Shown: piece by piece, positions 63,831 to 64,000 of the stretch | Position numbering within the stretch: the stretch's first letter is position 1 | How the letters are laid out: every line of letters starts with the position of its first letter | Assembly (NCBI GenBank): GCA_963755915.1 | Contig: CAVWLP010000002.1 | Coordinates: 704,001 to 768,000 of the forward strand | DNA: 64,000 bases | Reading direction: 5' to 3' | Origin: an uncultured Phycisphaerales bacterium | GTDB taxonomy: Bacteria; Planctomycetota; Phycisphaerae; Tepidisphaerales; Tepidisphaeraceae | The notes under the pieces: generated by a model | Seen by the model: only the letters and a program-made list of their open reading frames with translations | Database searches by the model: none | What the model was told of the DNA's origin: nothing | Made by a program: the position numbers and the translations under genes

Positions 63831-64000
63831 GGCATTGGTTTAGTCGTTTGGCGTGCAACGATCAAATCTGCCGGCACTTGGTTGCGCTTCTATGAGAGGA
63901 AACTGAGCCGGGCGCGGTCTCTCGCAGCGCCTCGCCATCAGTTCCCTCTACTGCTCCACTTTCTACCGCCCTACTCTCTCGCGGAGCGCGGTCTTCCGTA

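Overview
A 64-kb, high-GC, gene-dense bacterial chromosome segment. It is probably Planctomycetota (Phycisphaerae/Tepidisphaerales-like); this is inferred from CxxCGYDLR zinc-ribbon proteins, T-T-Q-P/A-T-R-P linker motifs, an ECF sigma factor with a long C-terminal extension and a PEP-CTERM protein. Housekeeping genes: nadB, nuoC, murG, pyk, aspS, prfB (programmed +1 frameshift), scpA, mqnA, ribH, nusB, ftsY and an EF-G paralogue. Envelope genes: lpxA-like, KdsD/KpsF, a giant Lpt-like beta protein, two GT-C-like membrane proteins and an SPY-type O-GlcNAc transferase. It also has two carbohydrate ABC importer sets without an ATPase, a vWA-ExbB-ExbD-ExbD-giant helical protein operon, two nucleotidyltransferase (toxin-antitoxin-like) loci, complete IS3 and IS481 elements and a MITE-like element. 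About 13 genes, including essential aspS, carry indels that look like long-read sequencing errors. The most unusual signals are: (1) at least six families of palindromic repeats, several nested in each other or hit by the IS elements, including a ~370-bp four-arm element with compensatory base changes; (2) an abrupt G/C strand-skew switch at about 44.4 kb that is independent of gene direction; (3) a probable ~1000-aa LptC/LptA-like bridge protein behind kdsD; (4) a Fur paralogue lacking its metal ligands. No CRISPR array, rRNA or tRNA was seen.
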